Shown in pieces: positions 41,945 to 55,740 of a DNA stretch of 64,000 nt (position 1 is its first letter; each line of letters starts with the position of its first letter). The stretch is from the human T2T-CHM13v2.0 reference genome, Homo sapiens. The position numbers and the translations under genes were made by a program. Below the pieces are notes generated by a model. It worked only from the letters and a program-made list of their open reading frames with translations. It searched no databases and was not told where the DNA came from. The DNA is taken from the NCBI RefSeq assembly GCF_009914755.1, contig NC_060929.1; one strand, given 5' to 3'.

Positions 41945-43366
41945 CTCTAGATATTTCCTGGTGCTGGTGTAACGCAGCCCAGTCATCTAAGCCATCTATA
42001 ACATTGGACTGAGGAACATGTTTTTTTTCCCCTTTTAAATCTACTGACTGAAAGTAGAACAATCCATTCAAGGCTACATAAATAAAAATGTAATTTAATG
42101 TCATTTAGAGATTTGTGTTTTTTTTTTTTTTTGTCTTAGAGAGTTCTATCCTGTTGCTTTTGAAATGAAGACTTAGGAAACAAATACTTCTTTACCATTC
42201 AGTCCGAAAAAGAAAATAATTCTGTCCTAGGGAAATCAGCTAAGGAAAAGGCATGAGGAAGGGAAAAAGAGACAGAGAAGGAATGCAGAGAGAACCAGGG
42301 CACAAGACACAAACCAGATCTCTCAGACCTGCCTCCTGTCCTGCTTCTCGACTTCCCCAGCACACGCATGTCCCACTGTCTTGTCCTCGCGGCCTCTCCA
42401 CTCAGCGTGTACGCGTTGGCTTCTGGTGAGAGAGGAGGGGAGAAAAGGCAGCCAGAGGGAGACACAGCTGCCTCACCTTTGCTGAGCTGTTGGGTTTTAT
42501 TGATCTGTTTTGTGTCTGCACTTCGGCCTGTTCTGTCCTGATTATGTCCACTGCTTTGAGTCCTGACCCTTATTTCTCGTCCCTGAGTTATTTTTTCCTC
42601 GTGGTTCTGCAAAACCTCCTCTTAGGCTTCTGAGGGTCTGCACGTGTTTGCCACACCCTGGAGTTTCAGACTGACTCCAGTATCTTCCTGTCTTTCCAGG
42701 TGCTTTGTGGCTTCTCTAGCCAGAACCTAACCCCGGGGTTTTCTGACCATCTTTGTTAGACGCGGCAATCACGATGCCTGCCTCAGCCAGTGCCCGTCCT
42801 GAGGGAGCCTGCCTTGGGCAGCCATGTTTTGTTCTGGGTGACATTGACTCCCTACTGGCCTTCCTCATCCCATGGAGGACCTGACCAGAACCCAGGGCAG
42901 CTGTGGTGTGGGAAGGCCAGGGGCCTATGAGGTTGTCTGGTGGGAAAAGCTTTGTCCGAATAGGGGAGAGCAGGATAATCAGATTCCTTACCTTCGGAAT
43001 TCGAACTGGGAAATATGGCCACGATAAGAAAGCAGCAATGTGAGAAGCAGCTGAGAAGTTATGAAGTAGAAAAACGGCAGTGTGGCAAAGAGAAGTGATG
43101 AATGAGCAGAAAATGTGAGGTAGGGAAATCATACGCAGAATGAACATAGAATACAACCTTTGAGAATTTGATGAAAGCTCCCTTCCCCAACAGGCAGAAT
43201 AAATACATACACAATAACAGAATTGTGCAAGTTTGTGGACTCTCTGAGGCCCATGTATGAACCCATATAAGGTTCAAAAAAGCCAACTGAATTTCTCAGG
43301 TACAAGGTAAAGCCTTAGTTGGTGAAGGAAAAAGAGACGAGCAGCTTGGGAGGACAATCTCTAGAA

Positions 43367-43576
43367 GAGGCTTCCTCAGCCTCAGCACTGTGGACATTTT
43401 GGACTGGATAATATTTTGTCATAGGGGCTGTCCTGTGTACTGTAGGGTTTCTAGCAGCATCCATGGAGTCTACTCACCAGATGCCAGTAGCAACTCCCCA
43501 GTCATGACAATAAAAAGTGTCTCCAGACATTGCCAAATTCCCCTGGGAGGCAAAATTGCCCAGGAGAGAATCACTG
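43367..43576 (-). mobile_element. MER20 hAT-Charlie element
   Basis: Reverse MER20 ('tgtctccagacattgccaaa', 'ccagatgccagtagca'); 8-bp TSD CTCTAGAA/CCCTAGAA. Confidence 0.88.
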
Positions 43577-43788
43577 CCCTAGAAGTTGACTGAGTCATGC
43601 ATGGGAGAGGCAGCATCAGGGTGAAGACTCATCAACTGCAGCTGCAGAGGTCCTCAGATCTGGTTTCCCTTCCTTGAGAGGCCCAGTTCCTATTCGTTTC
43701 CTGTCTCTGCTACTGACTACCTCCGCCCACCCTCAACCTCACCGGCTCCCACTTTAGCTGGCTAGCCCACGTGAATCTCTACTTTTTA

Positions 43789-43964
43789 CAGTGGTTCTCA
43801 AACTTCATCAGAATCACCTAGAAGGCTTGAAACATAGATTGCTAAGCTCCACCCCCAGTTTCTGATTCACAGTTCTGGGTTGGGGTCTGACATTTGGCAT
43901 TTCTATTAAATTCCCACTCGATGTTTATGTTGCTGGTATCGAGTCCACACTTTGAGAACTATTG
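43789..43964. mobile_element. MER5A hAT-Charlie element
   Basis: CAGTGGTTCTCAAA...TTTGAGAACTATTG TIRs and 'catcagaatcacct'. Confidence 0.85.
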
Positions 43965-44127
43965 CCTTCCAGAAAGAAAAAGAAAAAGGAAAAAAAAAAA
44001 AAAGCCTAGCTAATACTTTTTCCTGAGCTCCTCTAACAGAGGCAGATGAGTAGAAGGAGACAGAAAAAAAGAAAAAGTGATGCTTCAATAATGTCTGGTA
44101 CTCTGCAATTTCTAATGCAGAATACTA

Positions 44128-44350
44128 TCAGCAAACATTTACTGAGGGTGAGGACGCATGCAATAACACTCTACTTTTTAATCCTTACAGCGACTCAGAG
44201 ATAACAATAGACATTACGATCCTCATTCTACTCACAAAGAAAACAAGGCTTGGAGAAGGTTAGGGATTGGTCTAAAGACCACATGGGTTGTAAGTGACTG
44301 GACTGTAGTTTGAATCCAGGTCTGTTTAAATAAGTCTGAACTTTCTCCAC
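44128..44350 (-). mobile_element. MIR SINE
   Basis: 'aaacatttactgag', 'gaaaacaaggcttggagaaggttag' and 'tttgaatccaggtctg'. Confidence 0.6.
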
Positions 44351-44847
44351 TTTTTAAGACTTTTTTTTAAGCAGCATAACTTTCATTACCTTATAGAAAA
44401 TCTCATGGAGGATCTCCAAACAGAAAAGAGATAAGAGGAGCTGAAAGGGTACCAGAAGGAGCATGCAGTGAGTTTCAGCCATTTGGCCTCCTGTCCTTTG
44501 TGGACATGCTGGAGGCATCACCAGAAAGGTCCAGCGTTCCTAGAAATCCAGTAAGAAAGTTCCTGTCTTACAAATTCTGTCTTCCCATTGGTTCATATAT
44601 TTCAGAATAATCTCCTTTAACAAGGATATGGTTATCTGATTCATCTACACATTTGAGTGCATATCATGAAAGGTTATTCTCTGATGTCAAAGAAGCATTC
44701 AGTCATTAAATAACAAGGCAAGACAAGAAAAGAGATATGGAAATGACACTGTAGTGCTTGGGCTCTTTTAATGGAAGGACACATGCATTTTAGTGGGAAT
44801 CAACCAGGAGGAAACATTCTTAAATATTAACGTGTTAAAATATTCAC

Positions 44848-44990
44848 GAGGCTGAGGCAGGAGAATCGCTTGAACTCGGGAAGCAGAATCGCTTGAACCC
44901 GGGAAGCAGAGGTTGTAGTAAGCAGAGATGGCGCCATTGCACTCCAGCCTGGATGACAGAGCGAGACTCCATCTCAAAGCAAAATAAAGG
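44848..44990 (+). mobile_element. 5'-truncated Alu (right arm) with a 23-bp internal tandem duplication
   Basis: 'gaggctgaggcaggagaatcgcttgaac..'; TSD GTTAAAATATT (44834-44844, 44991-45001). Confidence 0.9.
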
Positions 44991-45276
44991 GTTAAAATAT
45001 TAAAATGTTTAATTTCATTAATTTCATTTTATAGACTGAAATAGCCATTTGTTCTTATACACACATACTTAAAGAGAGTATAGTTTGGAAAAAATGTTTA
45101 AAAATTTAGTGGTCCAGTCTGGCCTGGGTTAGGGCTAAATCTCAGGCTTGAGGCTTAGAGCTATTTGAAAATGTTCGACAAAAATTAGAAGGGCTGCATA
45201 GCTAAGAGCTAGAGATGAGCTATTTCAATTCTATGCGAGAATTCTTCAGTAAGAATGGCCTTTTAAAAGATACGAT

Positions 45277-45420
45277 GGAAGTTTCAGTTTTGCAAGATGA
45301 AAAGATTTCTGGAGATGGTTGCAAAACAATCCGATATACTTAACACTGCTGAACTGTACACTTAAGAATAGTTAAGACAGTAAATACTATGTTATGTGTA
45401 TTTTACCACAATTAAAGAAA
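45277..45420 (+). mobile_element. L1MB-type extreme 3' fragment
   Basis: 'gtttcagttttgcaagatgaaaag..ctgaactgtacacttaa..tattttaccacaatt'. Confidence 0.75.
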
Positions 45421-45826
45421 ATGTCATCATGGTAAAACCACAACATTTTCATTGAGGAGATGGGCAGTCAGGAAGTTTTTTATGTTTTGATTTGTTTGCT
45501 GTTTTGTGATGGAATTGCTGTGGAGAGATTGGAATTTATGGAAAACAGGACATGCTTTAAAATGATGCACATTTTGGTTTCATTAGTCATGTGAAAGGCA
45601 CAAGCCAGTGAGATTCAACTGTGTGATTGAGAAAAACACCCTGTGTAGAGAATCAAAAGGAAGAATATCTATATACTTATTCTGTCTTATTTTCCAGTTT
45701 CAAAGATTTAAACTTCATTTTGGTGAAGATACAATAGGGCACCAGTCAAAAACAATACATGGTTCACAGCAGGTTTCTGGATCATTCAGAAATTCTTCAA
45801 AGGACACTGTCACTGTTGGAGATTAC

Positions 45827-45985
45827 TTTATTTCAATGCATCTAAGAAGCTATCAATTGTTTTATCTGCTGCCATTACTTTATTTACTACCAAGAAAAAA
45901 AATCTTCCAGTTAAATCATGATATGCCCAAAATTATAAGATGTATTCCAATTTCAAAGATAATAAAATGTATTTAAAAAGTTCTT
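45827..45985. mobile_element. MER104-like TcMar-Tc2 relic
   Basis: 'tatttcaatgcatctaagaagctatcaattg..ataagatgtattccaatttcaaagat..aaaatgt'. Confidence 0.5.
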
Positions 45986-46175
45986 GTCAGGGACTGAGGG
46001 GTAGGAGAAAGGACAGATATTGGTCAAAAGGTACAAAAAATAAGGAAAGAAAAAAATACATAGCTTTTTGAAATTTGATATGGGAGAGGGAATATTTTCC
46101 ATGCAGTTAAAAGGTAAATTTTGTAGGCAGTTGAGCTATAGGAGGTTTGGATAAACATATTAGCCCTATAATTTT

Positions 46176-46458
46176 ATTTTCTTTTTATTTTTTGAGATGG
46201 AGTCTCGCTCTGTCATCCAGGCTGGAGTGCGGTGGTGCGATGTCGGCTCTTTGCAACCTCTGCCTCCTGGGTTCAAGTGATTCTCCTGCCTCAGCCTCCT
46301 GAGTAGCTGGGATTACAGTCGTGCGCCACCACACCTAGCTAATTTTTGTATTTTTAGTAGAGACAGCGTTTCACCATGTTGGCCAGGGCTGGTCTCAAAC
46401 TCCTGACCTCAGCCTCCCAAAGTGCTGGGATTACAGGCGTGAGCTACTGCACCAGGCC
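46176..46458 (-). mobile_element. Alu SINE (AluSx-like) with a small microhomology-flanked deletion
   Basis: TSD AGCCCTATAATTTT / AGCCCTACAATTTT; 'gacctc|agcctccc' lacks the ~18-bp segment between the two cctc motifs. Confidence 0.95.
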
Positions 46459-47747
46459 AGCCCTACAATTTTCAACAAGGGCTAACAATAAAATGAATCC
46501 TGGTCAACAATTATAAAAAAAGAAAAAAGTTCCTCTTAGAATTGAAGATGTGTGGTAGAAAGAAAAAACCCCACATACTATAAAATAATCCAGATACAAA
46601 CATAAAAATAGGGATTTTCCTAGAAGACGACAGATGTAAGCACATACTTCAAATATTAAAAGGAACCAAACTAAAAGGTTAAAGATAAAGTAATGAAACA
46701 AAATGCCCATTATAGTCTAACTTTTATTACTCCATAGAATAATTTGCATCTGAGAGGTGTTTTAATGGAAATGATTTCTCAAAAAGATATGTCTTACCAA
46801 AGCCAGTTTGGAAATTGGATATTGCATGTATGTATTTTTTCTTGGTAGCCCATTATCAGTTCTTCAAATAATTTAGGATAAACTTGCATCTCAATTCAAG
46901 ATTTGCATGGAATGGAGAATAAACTGGAGAATTAGAGCAAATAAAAAATATAGATGTTAAAATATCATTTAGAAATGAGCAAAGTAGAGAAAATAAAAGT
47001 CTTTGAAGTAATTACATTGGTGAAAATTAAACCACAAACATTAAAAATGTAATTTTTTAAAGAATTAGAATTAACACATGAATTTTCCAATTGACCTCAA
47101 GCTTTTAAGAAAATTAAATTAACTATAATGCTCCATCCCAACTTCTGAGCATTATGATTACTCAAGATCTGAGTGAAAAGAAATGATGCGCTATTATGTT
47201 CATTATAGGCTGGAAGAACCAGATGCAAGTCTTTAAGGAACTGACTTGATTTGATTATTGGGGTGGCTCCTTATTAGTTTTATTCAATGTAATAAATGAA
47301 GAAAAAGGGCTACTGAACTCTATTATTCCTGAAGCTTTTCACTGCAGGCAATACTTTTTCTAGTCCGTAATAATCCTTTTGAGTAGCTGTAAGAGATTTG
47401 AGCAACCTTCAAAGTCCATCTGTATTGGCCAGGTTTATAATCAATTGTGGAATTTGGGAAGATACAGCCACCAATCACATAAATCATTCATTCCTGAGAA
47501 AATAGACTAGGTAATAATTTGAACACTTCTTGGTTGGGTTGTCTCATCCCTGGATTACAATTTGAATAATTCAACAATTAATTCTCTTTCACAAAAGTGA
47601 ACACTTACTCTGTGTGAATCTTTCTTGAGAGCTGTAAAGAACACATGCAAAGTGTAATCCTGTCCTTGATGGACTTAGGCCTTATGATGTGGGGGGAGGA
47701 GAGATGACAACTGTATACAGTAACTATAATGCAAAGCAGAAAAACAT

Positions 47748-47849
47748 CAGGGCTGCCATTCAGCTGGCTATAACATGCTGGCCAGTTTCTGTTCTGATTG
47801 GTCAGTGGCTATGCCAGAACTGTTTTAAATATTTTGAATGTTACATCTG
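47748..47849. mobile_element. Short ancient hAT-like element (MamRep1894-like)
   Basis: CAGGGCTG..ATTCAGC start, 'ttctgattggtcagtg', 'ttaaatattttgaat..ctg' end. Confidence 0.45.
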
Positions 47850-47859
47850 AATAAACTTC

Positions 47860-48370
47860 AGTAAACAATGCCAGTTGCCTGTCTAACATCCCTTCTCTGT
47901 TTCTTCTTTATCAGTACAACCCTCATTTTGCTTAGTATATTAATGTACCCAACTGAAAAAAAAGAACATCTTCCAGCCTCCCCTCCTACATCTAGGGGTG
48001 GCCTATGACATAGTTCTGGCCAATAAGATTTAAATAAATTCCACTAAGAACTTCTGGGAAAGCTCTTTCAAACTAAGCCAATTCAGCTGGCCCTTGATTT
48101 TGCCTTTTTTGCTATCTTTCTTCTTGCCTGGAGTACAGACTTGAAGCTGGAGATGGGGCAGCTATCTTGGGAACAGGGATGACTGAGAACAAAGATAGAA
48201 GGAGTCTGGGTCCCCAACACTGTTGTTTGGCTATTTCATCATTCATGTATTGCTTACATCTGGATTCCTTAATACCTGAAAAAAAAAAAAAAAAAAACCC
48301 TAATGTGCTTAAGTCCTTGGTTAATTAGGTTTGGTAACTGACACAAAGTGTAACACAATTCTAACAGACA
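47860..48370 (+). mobile_element. Old MLT1 (J/K/L-like) MaLR LTR
   Basis: 'atgacatagttctggccaataagat', 'gcagctatcttg' and 'gatagaaggagtctgggtcc'. Confidence 0.65.
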
Positions 48371-49829
48371 CACTATCCTAAGGCTCAGAATTGGGAAATG
48401 CCGCATGAATCTATGGGGGTCATGAAAGCACTATGACATGGAAGGGGTTTAAAAGGTAGAATTTCAGATGAGGAGAGAACCACAGACATAATTTTGTTCA
48501 ATATCCCTATGGAGATGAAAAGACTGAGGCTGAGCAAAGTAGTTTGTCCAAAATCCCACAGCCGGTTACTGGCAAAATGAGGAAAGATTGGTTTTCTTGC
48601 TATATTGAAACAAAAAAGCAACCATGAAGAATGAAAGAATGTGTGGCCATTTGAACAGACAGGTATCAACTTCAGGTGTGTCTAGAAACATATACTGAAA
48701 AAAGGCTAATAGTTCAACCAAATGTAAATGATGAAACCAGATGTCATCCTTGAATCATTGATTTCCAATCCTCCCCCTCCCCACACTCTAAGTCTAGTCA
48801 ATTTTACCTTCTAAGTCTATGCTTTAGGGAGCCTTTCTGGACTATGCCCTCCCACCCCCAACTCCTCATTGGATGCCAGGCCCCTGGACCACTCTATCAT
48901 CCTGCATTCATGACAGCACTTGTTACATTGCGTGTTCATTTTCTCTTAACTGGTTCCCGTCTCCTCCACTCTGTGAGGGCAGGGATCCTGCCCACCTGTG
49001 TGATTAGGTACTGCTCAGCACCATGTCATAACTCAATAGCTATTCATAACCCACACTCAGAGTTGGAAAAAATGGCAATTCTCGAATGTTTAATTTTTTC
49101 ACTGGATGTGAAAATGTTTAAGTACAAGTGACTTTTGGAAGCTTACACCAACCTTCGGCAAATCTCTTCAGCCTATTCAGAAGTGAATAGGTTGGCCAAA
49201 CAAAAAACCTAGAAATATAGATACCTTCCAAAGAAATTAGCAGATATATAGTATCAGGGCTAGGGCTAAGTGTTTGATGCCTAGGTTGAACTGAATATCA
49301 CAGAATTGGGGCTTTCTGAAATGGACTTTTCAGGTGGGTTTGCACAGGTTGTGCCAAGCATATCCGGGATTTTTGTGGAATCACCTGGCGATTTTAGATG
49401 GGGATGCTGAAGTTATGTTGGGGTTTTAGGAAATGGGGAGAAAGGGGAAGGCAATATTTGCTCTAATGGCACATCTTATAGCCACAACAAGAGAGAAGGC
49501 TGCAGAATTATCTAGTGAATTTAATAATGAGCACTTCTAAATATCTAAAGAAACAGTCTTGATTGCCAGTGTGAGCAGGACCATTCTTGAAAGCACCAAT
49601 TATCTACCCAAAGCTTCTTAATGAAGCTTGAGAGGAAATTACTTGGAAACCTTCTTCATATTCTAAATGCTAAGCAAGGAATAACAGTAAAATTTGGCTC
49701 CAACACAAATTCTAAATTCTTTGGTGCAAGATGGTGCACGATGCTTCTTCCTTTTGCAAATTAGGAACAGATAGGCAGTATTAAGCGGCAGATCTATTAT
49801 GGTGGTGAGGTTACAGAATATTAAATGAC

Positions 49830-50060
49830 AGAGGCAGTTTAGAATAGTGCTATGGCCAGGTTGTCTGGTTTTGATTCTTGGCTCCACCATTTACTTGCTG
49901 TGTGAGTTACTTAACCTCTGTGTTCTCATTTTCCTCATCTATAAGCTTGAGTGATAATAGCACCTACCACATAGGACTGTTCTGGGCATTACCTGTAATG
50001 CATTTCATGCAAAGTACTTGAGTGCCTGGAACATAATCTCACCCAATAAATGTCAGCTGT
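49830..50060 (+). mobile_element. MIR SINE
   Basis: 'ggctccaccatttacttgctgtgtga..ttaacctctgtg..cctcatctataa..aataaatgtcagct'. Confidence 0.8.
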
Positions 50061-50179
50061 CTTCACTAGGTATATTTTAACAGAGTTTCTATAAATTGTT
50101 GATATGAACTTACAAGTCTAAAAACAACAAAATAAAAAATACAAAAAAGTTATGATTATGCAAATAAGGAATTTAGAGC

Positions 50180-50403
50180 CAGAGTCGGCAAACTTTTTCT
50201 ATAAAGGGCAAGATGGTAAATATTTTCAGCTTTGTGGCCCATAGGGTCTTTGTTGCAACTATAAAACTCTGCTATTGCAGTATGAAGACGACTATAGGAA
50301 ATATGTTAAAGAATATGTATGGCTGTGTTTCAAAATACTTTATTTACAAAAATGGTTCTAAAACTTTATGAAAATAGACCACTGGCTGTATTTTGCAAAT
50401 CTG
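50180..50403. mobile_element. MER58A hAT-Charlie element
   Basis: 'cagagtcggcaaactttttctataaaggg..gtaaatattttcagctttgtggccc..tggctgtgtttcaa'. Confidence 0.8.
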
Positions 50404-50509
50404 TAATTTAGATAAATGTATACTGCTATTTTCCAGGCAGCACTATCTTCTGGAAACGATAGGTAAATATTCTGTTTCTGTCTGACATTCCTCCCCTATC
50501 ATCATGATT

Positions 50510-50748
50510 GACTCCCTCTGATCACCTTATGCAAAGTACCTCCTTACAGACACACAAACCTCGTTTGTTTTCTTCATGGCACATATTGCAATTTCTAGTT
50601 ATCTGGTATATTTGTTCACCTATTTGTTTTCATTGTCCTCTCACCTAAATGTAAACTTGAGGGCAGGACTCTTAATTCCCAATGCTTATAACAATGACTG
50701 ATTGATCCATGGTAGCAAAAGAAATATTTGTTAAATGAATGAAAGAAT
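50510..50748 (+). mobile_element. L2 LINE 3' end
   Basis: 'aatgtaaacttgagggcagg..aaatatttgttaaatgaatgaa'. Confidence 0.7.
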
Positions 50749-51479
50749 TACTGACCACAAAGAACTTGTATATTCTGACAGTTTAATACATATAAATTAA
50801 GTCCTACTCTCAGTAAAACATGTTTATGTATTCACGCATTTCTAAGAAAATGGAGCTATGCATTTGCTTTTAATATGCTAAGTTTATAAAACAGATTTTC
50901 TTTCTAAAATCAATGGGCCTTAGAATAATATGAGTATGACAAAAACAAACAAAATTTTTAAAAAACGACAAAAAAAAAATCATGGGCCCGATCATAATTT
51001 TTTTCCAGCTCATCCGTTTACTCACTGTTGTTAATTGAAATCATGTGTTCTGTAGACATTTTGCCTTCTCTTAGCTCTAACACTCATTATTAATACATTT
51101 CTATTTAAGGCACCAGTTTTGCATTCTTTTTTGTTTTGTATGATGCCACAGATTTTCAACAAGCTTCCAAAAAAAAAAAAAAAAACCCAGAACAACAGAA
51201 CAACCAGTCCCTGAATCAGATACTTTTATCTTTCTTTTGTTTCATGCTTAAGATTTAGCATACTGCTTGACACACAGTAGGTGCTTAATAGATATTTGTA
51301 AATGAACAAATGAATGAATCTTTATTGGGGTATTGTAGAACATTCTATAGTAACAGAACAAGTGAAAGGGGCTTTGTTCCCTAGAGATGCAGGTAAACAT
51401 AGAGAAGAATGTAATTTATGTGTTGTATGGGCACCAGAAAGTGAGAATAGGAGGAATGTAAAATCAAATTTTTAAGTAA

Positions 51480-51806
<327 letters not shown>

Positions 51807-51819
51807 AAATTTTTAGGCA

Positions 51820-51922
51820 ATTTTTTTTAAAGACATAGGGTCTCACTGTGTTGCCCAGGCTGAACTTCAAGTCCTGGTCTAGAGCCTCTGTCTCTTGAGT
51901 AGCTGGGACTACAGGTGCGTGA
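51820..51922 (-). mobile_element. FLAM/partial Alu monomer
   Basis: 'gggtctcactgtgttgcccaggctg..gagtagctgggactacaggtgcgtgag'. Confidence 0.7.
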
Positions 51923-53988
51923 GGTAACTTTGCCTTTGATTTGCAGCATTTAGAAAAGACAGCCAGAGTTCTGGGAATAAAAAAGAGCAATGGGAACACT
52001 GTGTCTCTCAAATTACCATATGCATATTATTTACCAGGGTGGTGAGACAAGTAATGAATATATTAGGAGAATGGTGCTCATCTCCTTTGTATTCGTGATA
52101 AAATATCAGCCCTGTCAAATCATCCCGGAGTGAATATTATGAACTGTGGAAAGCTAGTTCTCACATCAGCCTGGTTCAGCAGGCACTGAAAATTGATTTT
52201 CACAAACGTTTTATGCTGGAAAAGGGCACAGGAGCCTTCTGACTGCACAGAAATACCCATCTGTTTTTTCTATAATCTATTGCTGGAGCATCCGGTTGTC
52301 CTGTGGGTGATTTAATAAAAGAACAAAATGAAGACAAGAAGAGATATGTTTCTCTCCAGGGTCTGCTCCTCCATTAGATGAATCATTGCAAGAAAAAGTG
52401 GACGGCCCCTAATTTATGTCTACTGCACACCAAATGACTTCTTTCCTTTCCAGCTAAGGGAAGAAGTCCCTACTCTATGAAACCTTAGGATTGGATGAAT
52501 CTTTGGAGGTTGCCTTTTCTTACCAAATGCACCCTTTGAAGGTCCTTGTTGTGGTATGCCATACATTAGAGGACTCTTTGAACTTGGCTTGAGGATTTCC
52601 ATGGCTTTCTCTATGCTTTTGCCCTACTATGTACACACCACCATTGTTGCATTATTGCAACTTAAAAAATGTGCTTGCTTTGCCCGCATGAGAATTAACA
52701 CAGGGGTCTTAATTTACCTTTGCATCTCTAAAACTTTGCCATGTGCCTAGCTTATGTCAGGCCCTCAACAAATGTTCACTGAAATGAAAGAACAACTAAG
52801 AGCTTAATATTTCAAAATAACACCTTTCTTCTCTGGTTAGAAACTTCTTTATAAAACTGCATACAAAATAGTCTGCATTTCTGTTTGTCTATCAGTGACT
52901 CAGGCAATTGGAGTTTTTCAAAACATGGCTAATGCAGAGGGTATTTGAATGCTGTTGAGTGGAGAGAGACTTCCCTCCAAATTAATTGTCCCTGCTAATT
53001 GCTTTAAGCAGGACTGTTCCCAATAGACGACATATAGTTTCCTTAAGTCACTGGTGGTGTGAACTGGTTGACAAAGAACCTCCATAAATCCTAGTACAAC
53101 TTCATCATGACCCTCAAATCTACGATGATGGCATTCTTATGAAGCTAGACCTGCTTGGTCACTTCCAGAATCTGGTTCTACCAACCAGTCCTTGTAGGCA
53201 TTTGATTTGACATATTTAGTAACAACTATTTAGAAAGGACTGCACTAGCTGTCAGGGTGGGGGATATCAAAGAGAGTATATATAGATAAAACAAATGAAT
53301 TTCATGGCCCCAAGGAGCTCATAGTGTAGGAAGAAACAGGCATCCAAATAAATCAATTGCAATGCAGATTTGTACGTGTACTCTTGGGTGTACTTATTGT
53401 TTTCATAACATCCATCTCCTTGTAATGTGTGCATCGTTTTATCACACTGGAGATTAAGTTCCTCTCGTAAAGGCCTTTACATTTTTGAGACTCACTTTTA
53501 ACAGAGCTCTTTCCAAAGCACTATTGTGTTCAGTACATGGGTGGCTGCCTTACTTCCTAACCGAGGGCTGGGGAGGACCTCCATGTCTCATGCATGCATC
53601 ATTGTCATCGTTATAACTCCTTCTGAGAATAGGAAGTCAGGAACACAATGGGGCACCCCACAGACTGTCAATGGTTTAGAAATGTGGAGACTTAATTCCT
53701 CTCTCTGCAGGAGAGGATGGAGGTTTCAGAATGTCTAGACTTAGAGTGATGAAAGACAACCTCAGTACTTTTTGGAGACAAATGCTTTTGCTGGAGTGAC
53801 AGCTTAATTACCCAGGCAATCAGGTCAGTTTTCAGAAAATCCAGTTTGTGCTCTTATTTAGCCCTCTAAACCTTTTTGAAGCAAGGCTTCTTTCATTCTT
53901 TTGCAAATGAGCTGGAGAAGATGCAAGGAAGATAGATGGAAGTGGAGTTATCTAATTGGGTTGGGAACAGGAATCTACCCACTTCACC

Positions 53989-54013
53989 ACACACACACAT
54001 ACACACACACACA
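53989..54013. repeat. Imperfect (CA)n
   Basis: Read directly from the sequence. Confidence 0.85.
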
Positions 54014-55499
54014 TGCCCAACTCCTATCTAAACTCAAGGGCCAAGAATGGGAAATGATGTTGAGGAGGAGAGTAGGATGCTGAACTGAGCTCCACTCTCT
54101 CTTCCCAAAATTATCCCATCTACCAAGCCATTAGAGGTCAGTCCATTTTGTCCTACCATAGGTAACTGCTCATACAATTTTATGTTTAATAATTTCTTAA
54201 ATATCAAACCAGCCAGAAAGGACAGCAAAGATTTAATGCAATAAATCCCACTTTTGTGAGGCCAGTTACTGTACCACTGAAATCTCCCTGAGATTTGCTG
54301 CATACTCTAGTATCATTGCTTCCAATTGTTCATGAGCAATATCATTGCCACTTCTCCCCTCATTTCTGGAAGCATGAAATGCCTTCTCAGATTCACAGAG
54401 GTCTGCTATATTTCCATCTCAAGAATTATAAAAACACAATTTTAAACAGCAAATTTCTTGCTTTGTTGAAATGAACTGCATATTCATTTCATTCAACCAT
54501 TTTTCACTCAAAGTAGGAGTTGATAATCAGACAATTTATGTCTTGCAGGACAGAGCTTAACTGGAGGCCAAAGGGTAATGGGACTCATGATAGCTAAAAG
54601 CTATGATTGTCCAGTGTTCTCAGGATTCGTTGAGAAAAATGTTTTGTGAAAAATCAGGGCCTCAAAATAAAGAATAAATCCTAAAACAAGAGAGGCAAAC
54701 TTAAAACAACCACAGTTTAAAAGAACCAGAATATAGAAGAGATTCAAAGTACTATTAATTTTCAGAAGAAAGGCCTTGGTTTATACATGCACAAATATAT
54801 TCTAGTGCTCAAGAAGCATAGGCAATGATATGCAGCAAAAGAGAAAAACAAACAAAAAAACCAATGATTTGTCAAATTCATATGGTATTTTTCATGCAAT
54901 CAAATGGAGAACAAGATTGTCACAGGGTAGACGTGTCGGTGGATTCACTATGGTGAATCCATAGAAGAAATTAGAAGAATTAGAAGAAAATTGCTCTTGA
55001 AATCTCAGGAGGACAATATATAAAATATATTTATATGTATAATACAGATAGAAAAACAACAGGGAATTAATCATAGGTTTAAGTTTTATACTCATTTGTA
55101 AGGCAATGAACTTCAGAGGTGTTTTGGCTAAACTCCCTGAATATGACTACCTTAAGTTGGATAATTTTGCAATCTACCCTTCTAAATATTTCAAACTGTC
55201 TTTTAAAAAAATTGCAGTTATTTTTGCCTTAATTATCTAGAAAACTGCTTCAATCTCCACTTCACTTTGTATAATTAATTTTTAGATGTGGGTTAATTAT
55301 TCCATACAAACCAACAATATTCCAACCATTCAATTTGGGTTGAACTTGGGAGTATAGGGTTTTTGAGAATTGGTGATTTTTGTGCCTGTGTGATGCCAAT
55401 AAAGGGGGTAGAAGATTCAGTTTCTAGCCTCTCCTAAGGAAAAAAAGGCTTAATTTTATCTGGGGTAGATAGCTACTGTTTTCTGAAAGCTACTATGTG

Positions 55500-55740
55500 A
55501 GCTGAGAAGGGGCAAGGATGGAAGAGAGTGAGCTTTGATACTGAACAGATTTGGGTTGGAATCCAAGCTCTCCTAATTGGTCATGTTAACTTGGACAAAC
55601 TTTCATTTTAGAAGGTTTAGATTTTTCATCTGTAAGAGAAGAATAACAGCGTTTACCTGATACGATTGTTGCAAGGATTCAATAACTGTAGATGAGCACC
55701 TGGTATGAAATACATGCACAATAAATCCTAATTCCTTCCT
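55500..55740 (+). mobile_element. MIR SINE
   Basis: 'gagctttgatactgaacagatttgggttggaatcc..tcatctgtaa..gttgcaaggatt'. Confidence 0.65.

Noticed and set aside
42300-43050. CpG island promoter
   Set aside because: CpGs are only modestly enriched and scattered; it does not look like a true island.
54940-54961. 9-bp hairpin TGGATTCAC-TATG-GTGAATCCA
   Set aside because: A stem this short is expected by chance in 64 kb, and there is no supporting context.
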